A stretch of DNA of 64,000 nt from Thermodesulfobacteriota bacterium. GTDB taxonomy: Bacteria > Desulfobacterota > Binatia > Bin18. The notes under the pieces are model-generated. The model was not told the DNA's origin, did not search any database, and saw nothing but the letters and a program-made list of their open reading frames with translations. Positions within the stretch are counted from its first letter, which is position 1; every line of letters starts with the position of its first letter. Position numbers and translations under genes: made by a program. The DNA is taken from assembly GCA_964291405.2 (NCBI GenBank), contig OZ219926.1, positions 3,136,001 through 3,200,000 of the forward strand, read 5' to 3'. Positions 28,863 to 38,960 of the stretch are shown piece by piece.

Positions 28863-29344
28863 TTACGCGGTGCTTTTTTGAATAGACTGGGCTAACAAAT
28901 CAAGGGCGGTCTGCGTGAATGTCCACATGTTTGCTTCCCGGTCCGGGCTGCCGGTCTCTAAGGTCAACGTTTCTTCAACCGGTCCGACGATAGCAAAGCA
29001 CGCATGCCCGGCCGCATCACCGTAGCGGTTGCCGGTCGGTCCGGTTGCTCCGGTTTCACTCAGCCCCCAGAACGCTCCCGCACCTGACGGGCAAGACGTA
29101 GCGCATATTCCTCAGTGCTCGCTCGAATACCCTCTAGCGCTTCGTCGGGCATGGCCAGCAGGGACCGACGCGCCTCGTGGGTATAAATCACCCCGCTGCC
29201 CAGAAAATACGCCGACGCTCCCGGTACAGTCAGGAGGGTCGCCGAGATCAAACCGCCGGCTGAAGACTCGGCTACCGCAATCGTGTGGTCATGCGTCTTG
29301 AGCAGTTCGCCAACCGTCTGTCCTAAGAGTGTTAAATCTTTCAT
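28863..29344 (-). pseudogene. CinA C-terminal / NMN deamidase PncC-like gene, frameshifted near 29068
   Basis: AVAESSAGG..PGASAYF in one frame. WGLSETGATGPTGNRYG..REANMW..TAA(28863) continues in another frame. Confidence 0.8.
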
Positions 29345-29401
29345 GCCTCTCTTTTACTGTGAGCGGCGAGGAAGAAAAAGCCCCGGAGGGAGAGGGTCTA
29401 T

Positions 29402-30367
29402 TCAGACAGGGGTGCATCGCTCGTAGGCGTTGCCTTTACTTCCGCTTGACGTGGCCGCTCGATCCAGCCACGTCAAGGCGGCCTCAATAAACGGTGGCAA
29501 ATTTTTATACTGCCGGACGGGCTGGGGGAGGGCGCGCAGGGCCGCGGCAAGCCGGGCGGCGTGGTCTGGCTGGGTGGCAAGATGGACGAGTGGTCTGACG
29601 TAGACACGGATGGTGAACAGAATATCGCGGGTATGCGGCAGACGGCGGAGGGTCTGTCGTTCGATGCGCAGCCAGATGCTGTCTCCGGCATTCTCCGGCG
29701 TGATGTCGGTACGTTTTCGACTGCTCCTGGTCGGCTGAAAAAGGGTCGGGTCGTCCATCAGGGCCCAGTTGAGTCGCCAGACGGGCTTCTCGACTTTCAG
29801 CCGATCAAAAAACTTGTCCATAGTGGTGGCAAGCTGTTCTGCATAGCCGGGAATCGGCGCATGAATCGTGTTGAGTGGCTTGCCGATTTTATCCGCCAAA
29901 CGCCAGCGCGTCGGAAAGCATAAAGACGCTCCGACCAGGTGGTAGACCTGGGTGTGCGCCTGCCGCTGCATGAGGCATAAATCTTCTTGGACAAGCCGCC
30001 CGGCCAGATCGAGTGGATGTAAAGGCGGGTCGTGAATTCCCCACCGCTGGCCGGTGGCGAGATTGTCGAGCCGATCTCCGTTTCTCTTGTACAACTCTGG
30101 AAATCGGTTGGGGAGATGCTCAACAAGTAGAGCCAAGGTTTCAGCCGAACCTGGGTCTGCTTCAGGCAGGGCGGCAAATACTTCAGCGTGTCGTCCGGTG
30201 AGAAGGCGTTCTTTCTCTTTGAGTTCGGCGGCGCACTGGGCATCGGGCTCGATCCAGTCTTTGAGATCGAGCGGCATGAGCCCCATCGAGAGCCGAAACG
30301 GTCCGGCCTTGAAAGGCGCGTAGTCAGGTGGAGACGGAAAGGGGAAATCTGAGGCTGAAGTGGTCAT
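29402..30367 (-). CDS. DUF3445 / heme-dependent oxidative N-demethylase alpha-like protein
   Basis: Motifs LVQEDLCLM, CFPTRW, IHAPIP, WRLNW and RIERQTLRRLP..LFTIR. Confidence 0.88.
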   Translation of the reverse strand: MTTSASDFPFPSPPDYAPFKAGPFRLSMGLMPLDLKDWIEPDAQCAAELKEKERLLTGRHAEVFAALPEADPGSAETLALLVEHLPNRFPELYKRNGDRLDNLATGQRWGIHDPPLHPLDLAGRLVQEDLCLMQRQAHTQVYHLVGASLCFPTRWRLADKIGKPLNTIHAPIPGYAEQLATTMDKFFDRLKVEKPVWRLNWALMDDPTLFQPTRSSRKRTDITPENAGDSIWLRIERQTLRRLPHTRDILFTIRVYVRPLVHLATQPDHAARLAAALRALPQPVRQYKNLPPFIEAALTWLDRAATSSGSKGNAYERCTPV

Positions 30368-31764
30368 CAGTCTGCAACCTGCACGGAAGCGGCTGTCTGT
30401 TCTCTCCTCTTACGCCGCGTAGCGAAAATATCAATCTCCCGCCAGCGTTCTCGGGAGAAGCGCCACCATAGACCAAAGCCAAACAGAGAGACGTTAATGG
30501 TTCCGGCCAGCCACGGTCCCAGGGATTCGAGGTTAGTAAAGAGCACGGAACCCAGGCTGAGCGGCGTGAATACACACACTAAAAGTGTCATCGTCAGCCC
30601 GGCAATCCAATGCGTATCTCCCGCCCCGCGTAGGGCTCCGGCAAAGGTAATGCCCATACTGTCAAAAACTTGCAGCAGGGCCGCGCATATCAGCAAAGTG
30701 CTGCCGACCTGGATGACGGTCGGGTCCTGGCTGAAAAAACTCAGGAAAGAGAATCGAAACAGGACATAGCACATACCCATCAGGGCCATATACGACATGG
30801 CCAAAAGGAACGCTTCATACGTGCGTTGAACGGCAAGATCGGGCTTGCCCTCTCCAATATAGCGTCCGACCAGCGCGGTCAGCGCCTGGCCGAGCCCCAG
30901 CGTGGGCATGAATGAGACCGTCATGTATTGAATGGCGATATTACTGGCGGCCAGTTGCTGTTTGCCAAACTGGCCAACCATCAAGATAATTAAGACGCCC
31001 CAGCCTAAGACATCGATGGCCATTTGCGTCCCAGCGGGCAAGCCGATATGCAGCAGCCGGCGGGCCGCTGTCCAGTTTGGCTTCCAGACCGCCCGGGTGG
31101 CAAACTGGGTTGCGTACGGCTGGGAGAGGAAGACCCGAAAGAGCACCGCGAACTGGACGACAAAGCTGAACACCATCGCCAGAGCTGCCCCCTTGAGACC
31201 CAGGGCTGGCGCGCCAAATTTGCCGAAGATCAAGGTGTAGGCGAAACAGACGTTAGCGATATTGGCAATCACCGTAGCAACCAGGGGGACCTTGGGCCGG
31301 TGCATGCCGTAGAAGAAGCCACTTAGCGCGCCGATGGCAACCGAAAAACCTATCCCCCATAGCCGGACGCGGAAGTAGACGACTTCAAGCGCAATAATGT
31401 CCGGCTCGTGTCCGAACGGGGAAAAGAAGTAGGGGGCGGCCGGCCACAACGCGAGGAGCGCGAGACCGACCGCCCCACTTAAATACAGCCCTTGCCAGGC
31501 GACTATTGAGCCTTCGTCGAGTTTCTCCTTCCCCAGGGCCTGGGCGGCGAACGTGCTGACGCACTGCGTAATGCCTAGCGGGAGGGCGGTGAGCGTATAG
31601 GCAATAATGCCGGCCGGCATGGCCGCGGCCACTTCAGCCGTGCCGACCTGGGCCACCATCCAGGTGTCAACAAAGCCGATCACTGTGTATGAGGCCATCG
31701 ACATAATAATCGGCAGGGCAAAATGCAGAATTTCGCTCAGCCCGGCTCGGGTGGGAGTAAACAT
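30367..31764 (-). CDS. MATE family efflux transporter
   Basis: About 12 TM helices. Motifs FVDTWMV, LLHIGLPAG and GALRGAGDT. Confidence 0.92.
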   Translation of the reverse strand: MFTPTRAGLSEILHFALPIIMSMASYTVIGFVDTWMVAQVGTAEVAAAMPAGIIAYTLTALPLGITQCVSTFAAQALGKEKLDEGSIVAWQGLYLSGAVGLALLALWPAAPYFFSPFGHEPDIIALEVVYFRVRLWGIGFSVAIGALSGFFYGMHRPKVPLVATVIANIANVCFAYTLIFGKFGAPALGLKGAALAMVFSFVVQFAVLFRVFLSQPYATQFATRAVWKPNWTAARRLLHIGLPAGTQMAIDVLGWGVLIILMVGQFGKQQLAASNIAIQYMTVSFMPTLGLGQALTALVGRYIGEGKPDLAVQRTYEAFLLAMSYMALMGMCYVLFRFSFLSFFSQDPTVIQVGSTLLICAALLQVFDSMGITFAGALRGAGDTHWIAGLTMTLLVCVFTPLSLGSVLFTNLESLGPWLAGTINVSLFGFGLWWRFSRERWREIDIFATRRKRREQTAASVQVAD

Positions 31765-31833
31765 AGGCACGGTTTGCAGTGAGTGAGTGTTTTGTATAGG
31801 CAGATAGAATAGAATGTCGTTCCTGGGTGCACG

Positions 31834-33048
31834 ATGGCAGACCAGTTTGACCTTATCATCATTGGCGGTGGAATCCTGGGTCTGGCCACCGCCCTGACCG
31901 TTACCCGCCAATACCCCAGGATCAAACTGGGAGTCCTCGAAAAGGAGACCCGCCTGGCCGTACATCAAACCGGTCATAACAGCGGGGTTATTCACTCGGG
32001 TATTTACTATAAACCCGGTTCGCTCAAGGCCCAGACCTGTGTGAGCGGCGGCGCGCTGTTAACCGAATTTTGCGATCAACACGATATCCCGTATGAACGG
32101 TGTGGGAAAGTCGTTGTGGCAACCTCGGTGGACGAGCTCCCTCGGCTTGAGGAACTCCACCGGCGCGGGACGGCCAACGGTGTTGCAGGGATGGAAATGA
32201 TCGGTCCCGAGCGGCTGCGGGAAATTGAACCGCACGCCGCCGGCATCCGAGCCCTGTACGTCCCCCAAACAGGGATTATCGACTATGTGCGGGTGGCGGA
32301 GCAGTATGCCGCCCTCGTCCAAGAAGCCGGGGGCGAGATTCGGTGCGCGCAGCAGGTACAAAAAATTGTCTCGACTGACGGTCAGCTGGTTGTGGAGACG
32401 GCCACCGATACGATCCGGACGCGAGCGGTCATTAACTGTGGCGGTCTCCAGTGCGACCGGATTGCCCGCCTGGCAGGGGCTGAGCCGGCATTGCAGATTG
32501 TCCCGTTCCGAGGCGAATATTATACCCTTGCCCCGGACAAACACGCCCTGGTGAATCATCTCATCTATCCGGTTCCAGACCCGGCCTTTCCTTTTCTGGG
32601 CGTCCATTTCACCCGGACTATGACCGGGGAGCGGGAAGCTGGGCCGAATGCGGTTCTGGCCTTTGCCCGAGAGGGCTATCAGTGGGCGGATCTGATCCCT
32701 CAAGACTTGTGGGAAACGTTGTGTTTCTCCGGGTTTCGGACGATAGCGCGCAAATATTGGCAGACCGGCCTGGGGGAAATCTACCGTTCTCTGAATAAAG
32801 CGGCGTTTCTGCGTGCTCTCCGGCGTCTGCTCCCTGAGCTGCAGGCAGAGGACTTACTGCCGGGCGGCAGCGGGGTGCGCGCCCAGGCGATTTCCGTCGA
32901 TGGTGCTTTGGTCGACGATTTTGTCATTACCAGCTCGCCGCACGCCATCCATGTGCTAAACGCTCCCTCGCCGGGCGCAACCGCTTCGCTCGCTATTGGG
33001 CGACAGATTGCGAGACAGGCCGCGCAGGCATTCTCGTGGAAGGCGTAA
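31834..33048 (+). CDS. lhgO: L-2-hydroxyglutarate oxidase
   Basis: Motifs GGGILG, HQTGHNSGVIHSGIYY, PFLGVHFT and NAPSPGATASL. Confidence 0.93.
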   Translation: MADQFDLIIIGGGILGLATALTVTRQYPRIKLGVLEKETRLAVHQTGHNSGVIHSGIYYKPGSLKAQTCVSGGALLTEFCDQHDIPYERCGKVVVATSVDELPRLEELHRRGTANGVAGMEMIGPERLREIEPHAAGIRALYVPQTGIIDYVRVAEQYAALVQEAGGEIRCAQQVQKIVSTDGQLVVETATDTIRTRAVINCGGLQCDRIARLAGAEPALQIVPFRGEYYTLAPDKHALVNHLIYPVPDPAFPFLGVHFTRTMTGEREAGPNAVLAFAREGYQWADLIPQDLWETLCFSGFRTIARKYWQTGLGEIYRSLNKAAFLRALRRLLPELQAEDLLPGGSGVRAQAISVDGALVDDFVITSSPHAIHVLNAPSPGATASLAIGRQIARQAAQAFSWKA

Positions 33049-33062
33049 TTGGAGAAGGGGCA

Positions 33063-33548
33063 ATGGGTAGCCGCGTCTTTATTGGCGTCGGGTCAAATCT
33101 CGGCAACCGCCGAGGGTATTATCAAAAGGCACTCGACCTGATGGCTGACCTCCCGCAGACGGCCATTGTGCGCTGTTCCTCCTTGTATGAGACTGAGCCG
33201 ATTGGGGAGGCGAAGAACTGGTATATCAATGGCGTGGTTGAATTGGAGACCGCGTTGAGCCCGCAGCACCTCCTGAGTCGCCTGCAAAAAATCGAGTCGG
33301 CACTCGGGCGCACACGGACAAAAAAATGGGCGTCTCGCACAATTGATCTCGATATATTACTCTTTGACAAGCAGGTTGTGAATGAAGAGCGGTTGAAGAT
33401 CCCGCATCCGGAAATGCACCGGCGACGGTTTGTTCTTTTACCGCTCTCTGAGTTGGCCCCACGGTTTGTCCATCCCCTCCTCGGTTCGACTGTGGCTGAA
33501 CTCCTGGTTGGTCTTGCGGATGACAAACAGGTCCTGCGCTTCGGCTGA
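33063..33548 (+). CDS. folK: 2-amino-4-hydroxy-6-hydroxymethyldihydropteridine diphosphokinase
   Basis: Motifs GSNLG, SSLYETEP, RTIDLDIL and IPHPEMHRRRFVL. Confidence 0.96.
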   Translation: MGSRVFIGVGSNLGNRRGYYQKALDLMADLPQTAIVRCSSLYETEPIGEAKNWYINGVVELETALSPQHLLSRLQKIESALGRTRTKKWASRTIDLDILLFDKQVVNEERLKIPHPEMHRRRFVLLPLSELAPRFVHPLLGSTVAELLVGLADDKQVLRFG

Positions 33549-33549
33549 C

Positions 33550-34011
33550 TTATTCGGAAGCCAGGAGCGCCTCGACTCTCGTCGCCTGGTCTCGCACTGC
33601 CTGGGTCTGAGACCGAAAATGATCGAGGCTGCCAGGTTGAACGCGGAGTCGGTCAGCTTCCGTAACGAGGCTGTGATACAGATCGAGGAGCTGGTTAAAG
33701 GCGGTGAGCGAGGGCCGGTCGGCGTAGCGCTGGGTCACAATGCGGGAGAAGTCCCGCGCCCGTTCGAGAGGATACAGAAACTCATTCATCATGGCTGGGG
33801 TCAGCGGGTCGTTGTCTTCCAAGAGCCGGTTCATCTTGTCGGTCATCGCCCGCATGAGTTGGATATGGGTGTGCATGAGTTTTTCGTACTTGAGCCAGTA
33901 GCATCCGCCCAGACTGCACGGCAGAAGAAGGCACAGCAGGATGCTGACTCGAGCCAGCCGTTGGGAAGCGAGAGGCCGGGCTTGACGATTAGGAAACCAG
34001 CGGCCTAACAT
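33550..34011 (-). CDS. Hypothetical lipoprotein
   Basis: Basic then hydrophobic N-terminus with LGGC lipobox. Start uncertain. Confidence 0.6.
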   Translation of the reverse strand: MLGRWFPNRQARPLASQRLARVSILLCLLLPCSLGGCYWLKYEKLMHTHIQLMRAMTDKMNRLLEDNDPLTPAMMNEFLYPLERARDFSRIVTQRYADRPSLTAFNQLLDLYHSLVTEADRLRVQPGSLDHFRSQTQAVRDQATRVEALLASE

Positions 34012-34093
34012 AGTAAAAAAAGAATACTCCTGAGCATCGTTCTCCGAATAATGCTCAGCGCTCGGTGCAGAGTGAACAAGTAAGTGGTCTTCC

Positions 34094-35578
34094 ATGTTCC
34101 AACTTTCCTCTGTGTATTTTGAACGGCTCCTAGAAAGTTCTCTCGACATTGTCATTGCCGTCGATCATCGAGGACAAATCATCTTCTACAATGACGGGGC
34201 GAGCAAGACCCTGGGCTATGCCCGAGAGGAGGTCCAAGGAAAACGGGTCATGCTCTATCCCAGCCTCGAAGAAGCTCGGCGGGTGCTAGGGGCGATGCGC
34301 AGTGAGGACATTGGGGAAAAGGGCAAGCTCAAGAATTTTGAAACCACCCTGGTCGCAAAGAGCGGCGAGCAGATTCCCATCTCGTTCTCGGGCTCAATTA
34401 TTTACGACGAAGACGGGGCCGAAATTGGTTCGATCGGCTTTCACCGCGACCTGCGTGAGCTCCGGTTACCGCCGGGATATTTCGAGCGTCTGCTGGAAAG
34501 CTCCCTCGATATCGTGATTGCGCTCGACCATAAGGGTCAGATTATTTTTTATAACGATGGGGCGCATCAGACGCTCGGCTATACCTCACGAGAGATCCAC
34601 GGCAAGCGGGTTTGGGCCTCTGTCTACCCGAACATCGATGAGGCGCGTCGCGTCATGGAGGCCATGCGGAGTGAAGAGGTCGGCGAGAAGGGCAAGGTGA
34701 AGAATTTCGAGACCACGCTCGTGACAAAGAGTGGCGAGCACATTCCCGCCGCCATTTCCGGTTCCATTATTTATGATGATGCGGGAAACGAGGCCGGCTC
34801 GGTTGGCTTTTTGAAAGATCTGCGGGAGATCCGCCGCCGAGATCAGTTGGCGACGCTGGGTGAATTAGCCGTCGGTCTCGGGCATCGGATCAATAACCCG
34901 CTAGAGGTCATCTTTAATAATCTGGATATTCTGACCAAACACATGGCGCAGAGTTTTCCGGACGAAGAATACGTTGTCCAGGAAGAACGGGTGGAATCCA
35001 TCCAGCGTGAGCTGGCAAAGATCCGGGGGATCGTCGCGCGGATTGACGATATGGCCCATGGTGAGCGCTATGATACGACCGAGTACCTGCACGGTTCTCG
35101 GATGGCGGACCTTGGCCGGGACGAAGTCGTTGCTCCCCATCATGTAAGTGTCCGACCGGAAACCCAGGCACTGGCCGGTCTGCGTCTCTTGGTGGTCGAT
35201 GACGATCTTGGCGTGTGTTACTCGTTGCGTGACTTGTTAACCGAAGATGGCTGTAGTGTTGAGGTCGCAACCAACGGGATTGAGGCGCTGAAGATCCTTG
35301 ATCAGAACTTTCTCGACCAGAATCCCTTCCACATGGTGTTGAGTGACGTGGTGATGCCTGACCTGGACGGGTACGATCTCTACATGGAGGCAAAGGAGCG
35401 CTACCCGCAACTACCGGTTGTCCTGATGACGGCCTATTTTTACGACAAAGACCACGTAATCAAACGGAGTCGTCTGGAAGGATTAGAGGACGTCTTATTC
35501 AAGAAACCGGTCGATCCGGACCGGCTGAAAGAGATGATTCTCAAGCTGTGCAAACCCGAAGAAGCGAGTCAAGCCTAG
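34094..35578 (+). CDS. PAS-PAS-HisKA-receiver signalling protein with no HATPase domain
   Basis: Two similar PAS repeats, H-box GLGHRINNPL, and receiver motifs LVVDDD..SDVVMPDLDG..MTA..KP. Confidence 0.85.
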   Translation: MFQLSSVYFERLLESSLDIVIAVDHRGQIIFYNDGASKTLGYAREEVQGKRVMLYPSLEEARRVLGAMRSEDIGEKGKLKNFETTLVAKSGEQIPISFSGSIIYDEDGAEIGSIGFHRDLRELRLPPGYFERLLESSLDIVIALDHKGQIIFYNDGAHQTLGYTSREIHGKRVWASVYPNIDEARRVMEAMRSEEVGEKGKVKNFETTLVTKSGEHIPAAISGSIIYDDAGNEAGSVGFLKDLREIRRRDQLATLGELAVGLGHRINNPLEVIFNNLDILTKHMAQSFPDEEYVVQEERVESIQRELAKIRGIVARIDDMAHGERYDTTEYLHGSRMADLGRDEVVAPHHVSVRPETQALAGLRLLVVDDDLGVCYSLRDLLTEDGCSVEVATNGIEALKILDQNFLDQNPFHMVLSDVVMPDLDGYDLYMEAKERYPQLPVVLMTAYFYDKDHVIKRSRLEGLEDVLFKKPVDPDRLKEMILKLCKPEEASQA

Positions 35579-35695
35579 CTTCTTGAGGCGACATGCCTCT
35601 CGGTGGAAACGAACCGGTGAGTCCTCCCCCGACTCCTCCTTCCCAATACTGGACGGAACTACCCGAAAAGTCTATTCTTTAAGCTAGAGGTATTA

Positions 35696-35724
35696 TTGAC
35701 GCTCCCCCTGGGACGAGATATAAA
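35696..35724 (+). promoter_or_regulatory. Sigma70-like promoter of pckG
   Basis: TTGACG, 17 nt, TATAAA. Confidence 0.6.
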
Positions 35725-35791
35725 AAAAACTTATCATCTTTTGTTCTTAGTATTAGCATCCACTCTATACCCAGAGGAGACCACCCCGACT

Positions 35792-37537
35792 ATGCCAACC
35801 CCACTCGAACAATGGGTCGAAGAAACGGCCCAGCTCACGCGACCAAAGAACATTCACTGGTGTGACGGCTCGGAAGAGGAAAACCAACGCTTGATTGAGG
35901 GCATGCTCGATGACGGGACGCTGATGGCGTTAAATCAGGAGAAATATCCGAACTGTTATTTACACCGGAGCGACCCCAAAGATGTGGCGCGCACCGAGCA
36001 TCTGACCTTTGTGTGCACGCGGGAAAAAGAAGACGCCGGTCCGAATAATAACTGGATGGCCCCGGCGGAGGCCAAGGAGAAAGTTGGTGGGCTCTTTCAG
36101 GGGGCGATGAAAGACCGCACGCTGTACGTTGTGCCGTATATCATGGGGCCCGTCACGTCGCCCTACAGTCAGGTTGGCGTCGAAATCACGGATAGTCCCT
36201 ACGTCGCAGCCAGTATGCGTATCATGACCCGCATGGGCAAGGTTGCGCTTGAGCGGCTGGGTTCGTCGGAGAATTATGTCCAGGGTCTCCATTCGCTTGG
36301 CGACCTCAGCCCTGACCGCCGGTTTATCATGCACTACCCTGAAGACCGCGCGATCTGGTCTGTTGGCTCCGGCTACGGTGGGAACGCCCTGCTTGGGAAA
36401 AAATGCTTCGCTTTACGCCTGGGGAGCTATATGGCGCGTGAGGAGGGCTGGCTGGCTGAGCATATGCTGATCATCGGCATTGAGGAGCCGAGCGGTCGGA
36501 CAACGTATATTGCAGCCGCGTTCCCCAGCGCCTGCGGAAAAACGAATCTGGCCATGCTGATCCCACCGGAGAGCCAGAAGGGCTATAAAGTCTGGACGGT
36601 GGGAGACGATATTGCCTGGATGCATCCCGGACCGGATGGGCGGCTGTGGGCGATTAATCCGGAGGCCGGGTTTTTTGGCGTTGCGCCGGGAACAAACTCT
36701 CACACCAATCCGAATGTCATGGCAACTGTCGCGAAGAACTCCATCTTTACGAATGTCGCCCTCACCCCGGACGGCACCCCATACTGGGAAGGCCTGGATG
36801 GTGGTCCGCCGGCCGAGGCGATCGACTGGCAGGGCAAGCCGTGGACGCCACAGTCCGAGGGCAAGGCCGCCCACCCCAACTCTCGCTTTACCACGCCAGC
36901 TCGCCAGTGTCCGGTCATGTCTTCAGAGTGGGAATCGCCCCAAGGGGTACCGATCTCGGCCTTCCTCTTTGGCGGCCGACGCGCGGGCTTGATTCCGCTC
37001 GTCTATCAGTCTTTCAACTGGCAGCATGGGGTGTCGCTTGGCACGACGATGGCGTCCGAAACAACAGCCGCAGCGACTGGAAAAGTTGGCAAGATCAGAC
37101 GTGATCCCATGGCCATGCTGCCCTTCTGCGGCTACAACATGGGTGACTATTTCGGCCATTGGCTCAATATGGGCCAAAAGATTGCCAATCCACCGAAAAT
37201 TTTTCGGGTGAACTGGTTCCGGACAGATCAAGAGGGCAAATTTCTCTGGCCCGGCTTTGGAGAAAACCTGCGGGCGCTGCGTTGGGTCATTGCTCGGGTA
37301 CACGGCGAGGTCGAAGCTCGCGAGACCGAAATCGGTTACCTGCCGCATACCAATGACATTGATACGACCGGGATTGATGTCTCGCCGGCGGTGCTCGACG
37401 AACTCCTCAGTGTGGATCGTCCGGGCTGGGTAAAAGCCGCGGAGAGTCAGCGCGAATTCTTCCACCAGTTTGGAGACCGGCTCCCGCAGGCGCTCTGGAA
37501 AGAAAACGCGGCGCTGGATAAGCGTCTCCAAGCCTGA
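35792..37537 (+). CDS. pckG: Phosphoenolpyruvate carboxykinase (GTP)
   Basis: Motifs GSGYGGNALLGKKCFALR, FPSACGKTNLAM, GDDIAW and HPNSRF. Confidence 0.97.
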   Translation: MPTPLEQWVEETAQLTRPKNIHWCDGSEEENQRLIEGMLDDGTLMALNQEKYPNCYLHRSDPKDVARTEHLTFVCTREKEDAGPNNNWMAPAEAKEKVGGLFQGAMKDRTLYVVPYIMGPVTSPYSQVGVEITDSPYVAASMRIMTRMGKVALERLGSSENYVQGLHSLGDLSPDRRFIMHYPEDRAIWSVGSGYGGNALLGKKCFALRLGSYMAREEGWLAEHMLIIGIEEPSGRTTYIAAAFPSACGKTNLAMLIPPESQKGYKVWTVGDDIAWMHPGPDGRLWAINPEAGFFGVAPGTNSHTNPNVMATVAKNSIFTNVALTPDGTPYWEGLDGGPPAEAIDWQGKPWTPQSEGKAAHPNSRFTTPARQCPVMSSEWESPQGVPISAFLFGGRRAGLIPLVYQSFNWQHGVSLGTTMASETTAAATGKVGKIRRDPMAMLPFCGYNMGDYFGHWLNMGQKIANPPKIFRVNWFRTDQEGKFLWPGFGENLRALRWVIARVHGEVEARETEIGYLPHTNDIDTTGIDVSPAVLDELLSVDRPGWVKAAESQREFFHQFGDRLPQALWKENAALDKRLQA

Positions 37538-37540
37538 AGG

Positions 37541-37574
37541 ATCAGGATTAAAGGATTGCCAGGATAATCCTGAT
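37541..37574. repeat. Intergenic palindrome with internal AGGAT repeats
   Basis: ATCAGGATTA-aaggattgccagga-TAATCCTGAT. Confidence 0.5.
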
Positions 37575-37579
37575 ACGCA

Positions 37580-38257
37580 ATGGTCCGGATTACAAAGGTT
37601 TATACTCGGACAGGTGATAAGGGTTCGACCCGGCTCGTTGGGGGGAAAAAGATCCCTAAGGATGCTGCCCGTATCGAGGCCTATGGGACGTTGGACGAAC
37701 TGAACTCGGTTGTGGGTCTGGCTCGGGTATTCAATGACGACCTGAAGCCAGAGCTGCAGGCCGCCGAACACTTGGACGATATTCTCCGCCAACTCCAGAA
37801 CGAACTGTTCGACCTCGGGAGTGAACTGGCCACCCCCGCAGACTTTTCCTACGAGGGCATGTTTCGAGTCGGTGAGTCGGAGGTCAAGGGCCTCGAACGT
37901 ATCATCGATTCCTGCCAGAAAGACTTGGAGCCCCTCAACTCTTTTATCCTGCCCGGTGGTGGGAAAGTGGGTGGCTTCCTGCACCAGGCCCGCACCGTCT
38001 GTCGGCGGGCTGAACGAGATATTCTGCGCCTCTCGCGTGAAGAAGAGCTCAGTCCCTGGCCCCTCACGTATGTGAATCGACTCAGCGACCTGCTGTTTGT
38101 GCTATCTCGCTGGGTGAGTCAAAAGCTGGGAGAGCCGGAATATCTCTGGGAGCGTGGCCTGCGCAGTAGCGAGCGAAAAGCTGCCCGGTCCGGCAGGACA
38201 AAATCCACCCGTAGCGCCAAAAAAGCCGCGAAAAAACGCCCACGGAAGGGGACGTGA
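37580..38257 (+). CDS. PduO-type cob(I)alamin adenosyltransferase
   Basis: Motifs KVYTRTGDKG, AYGTLDELNS, RTVCRRAER and YVNRLSDLLF. Confidence 0.95.
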   Translation: MVRITKVYTRTGDKGSTRLVGGKKIPKDAARIEAYGTLDELNSVVGLARVFNDDLKPELQAAEHLDDILRQLQNELFDLGSELATPADFSYEGMFRVGESEVKGLERIIDSCQKDLEPLNSFILPGGGKVGGFLHQARTVCRRAERDILRLSREEELSPWPLTYVNRLSDLLFVLSRWVSQKLGEPEYLWERGLRSSERKAARSGRTKSTRSAKKAAKKRPRKGT

Positions 38258-38940
38258 TGGCGGAGTCTTCCCTGTATTTCAAACAAATTGAAATTGGCCC
38301 CATGCAGAATTTCACCTACCTGATTGGGGATACGGCCACGCGTAAAGCGATCGTTATCGACGCCGCCTGGGACATTCCGGCCATCATCCAGACCGCGGAA
38401 CACGACGGTTTCACCATTACCCAAGCACTGGTGACCCACTATCACCAGGATCACCTCGGCGGCGATTTGTTCGGTACCCATATCCAGGGTGTGGCTGAAC
38501 TGCTCGAACAGGTGAAAGCCAAGGTGTATATCCACAAGGCCGAATCCGAGTTTCTGGGCCGTCTGGTTGGTGTGTCCGGTTCTGACATTGTTCAGGTCGA
38601 GGGTGGTGATACGACCGCTGTGGGCGCGCTCACCATCAAGTTCATTCACACGCCCGGACACACGCCCGGCTCACAATGTTTTCTGATTGAAAATCGTCTG
38701 GTGGCCGGTGACACGCTCTTTATTAACTCGTGCGGCCGGGTTGACCTGCCGGGCAGCAGTCCAGAAGACATGTACTCGAGTCTGCAGACGCTCTCACAAC
38801 TGGCGGACGAGACCGTTCTCTATCCTGGTCATAATTATGCCTCTCAGCCCTGGGATACCCTTGGAGCGCAAAAACGTCACAACATGTATCTGCATCTCAG
38901 CGCCAGGGGGCGCCAGGAATTTCTCTCGGCACTGCGATAA
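38257..38940 (+). CDS. MBL-fold metallohydrolase (glyoxalase II-like)
   Basis: Motifs THYHQDHLGG, TPGHTPG, GDTLF and PGH. Confidence 0.92.
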   Translation: MAESSLYFKQIEIGPMQNFTYLIGDTATRKAIVIDAAWDIPAIIQTAEHDGFTITQALVTHYHQDHLGGDLFGTHIQGVAELLEQVKAKVYIHKAESEFLGRLVGVSGSDIVQVEGGDTTAVGALTIKFIHTPGHTPGSQCFLIENRLVAGDTLFINSCGRVDLPGSSPEDMYSSLQTLSQLADETVLYPGHNYASQPWDTLGAQKRHNMYLHLSARGRQEFLSALR

Positions 38941-38960
38941 ACGGACACAAAGGAGGGCGG

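Noticed and set aside
36923-37984. 353-aa minus-strand ORF
   Set aside because: Antisense to pckG and the PduO-type gene, with no recognisable domain.
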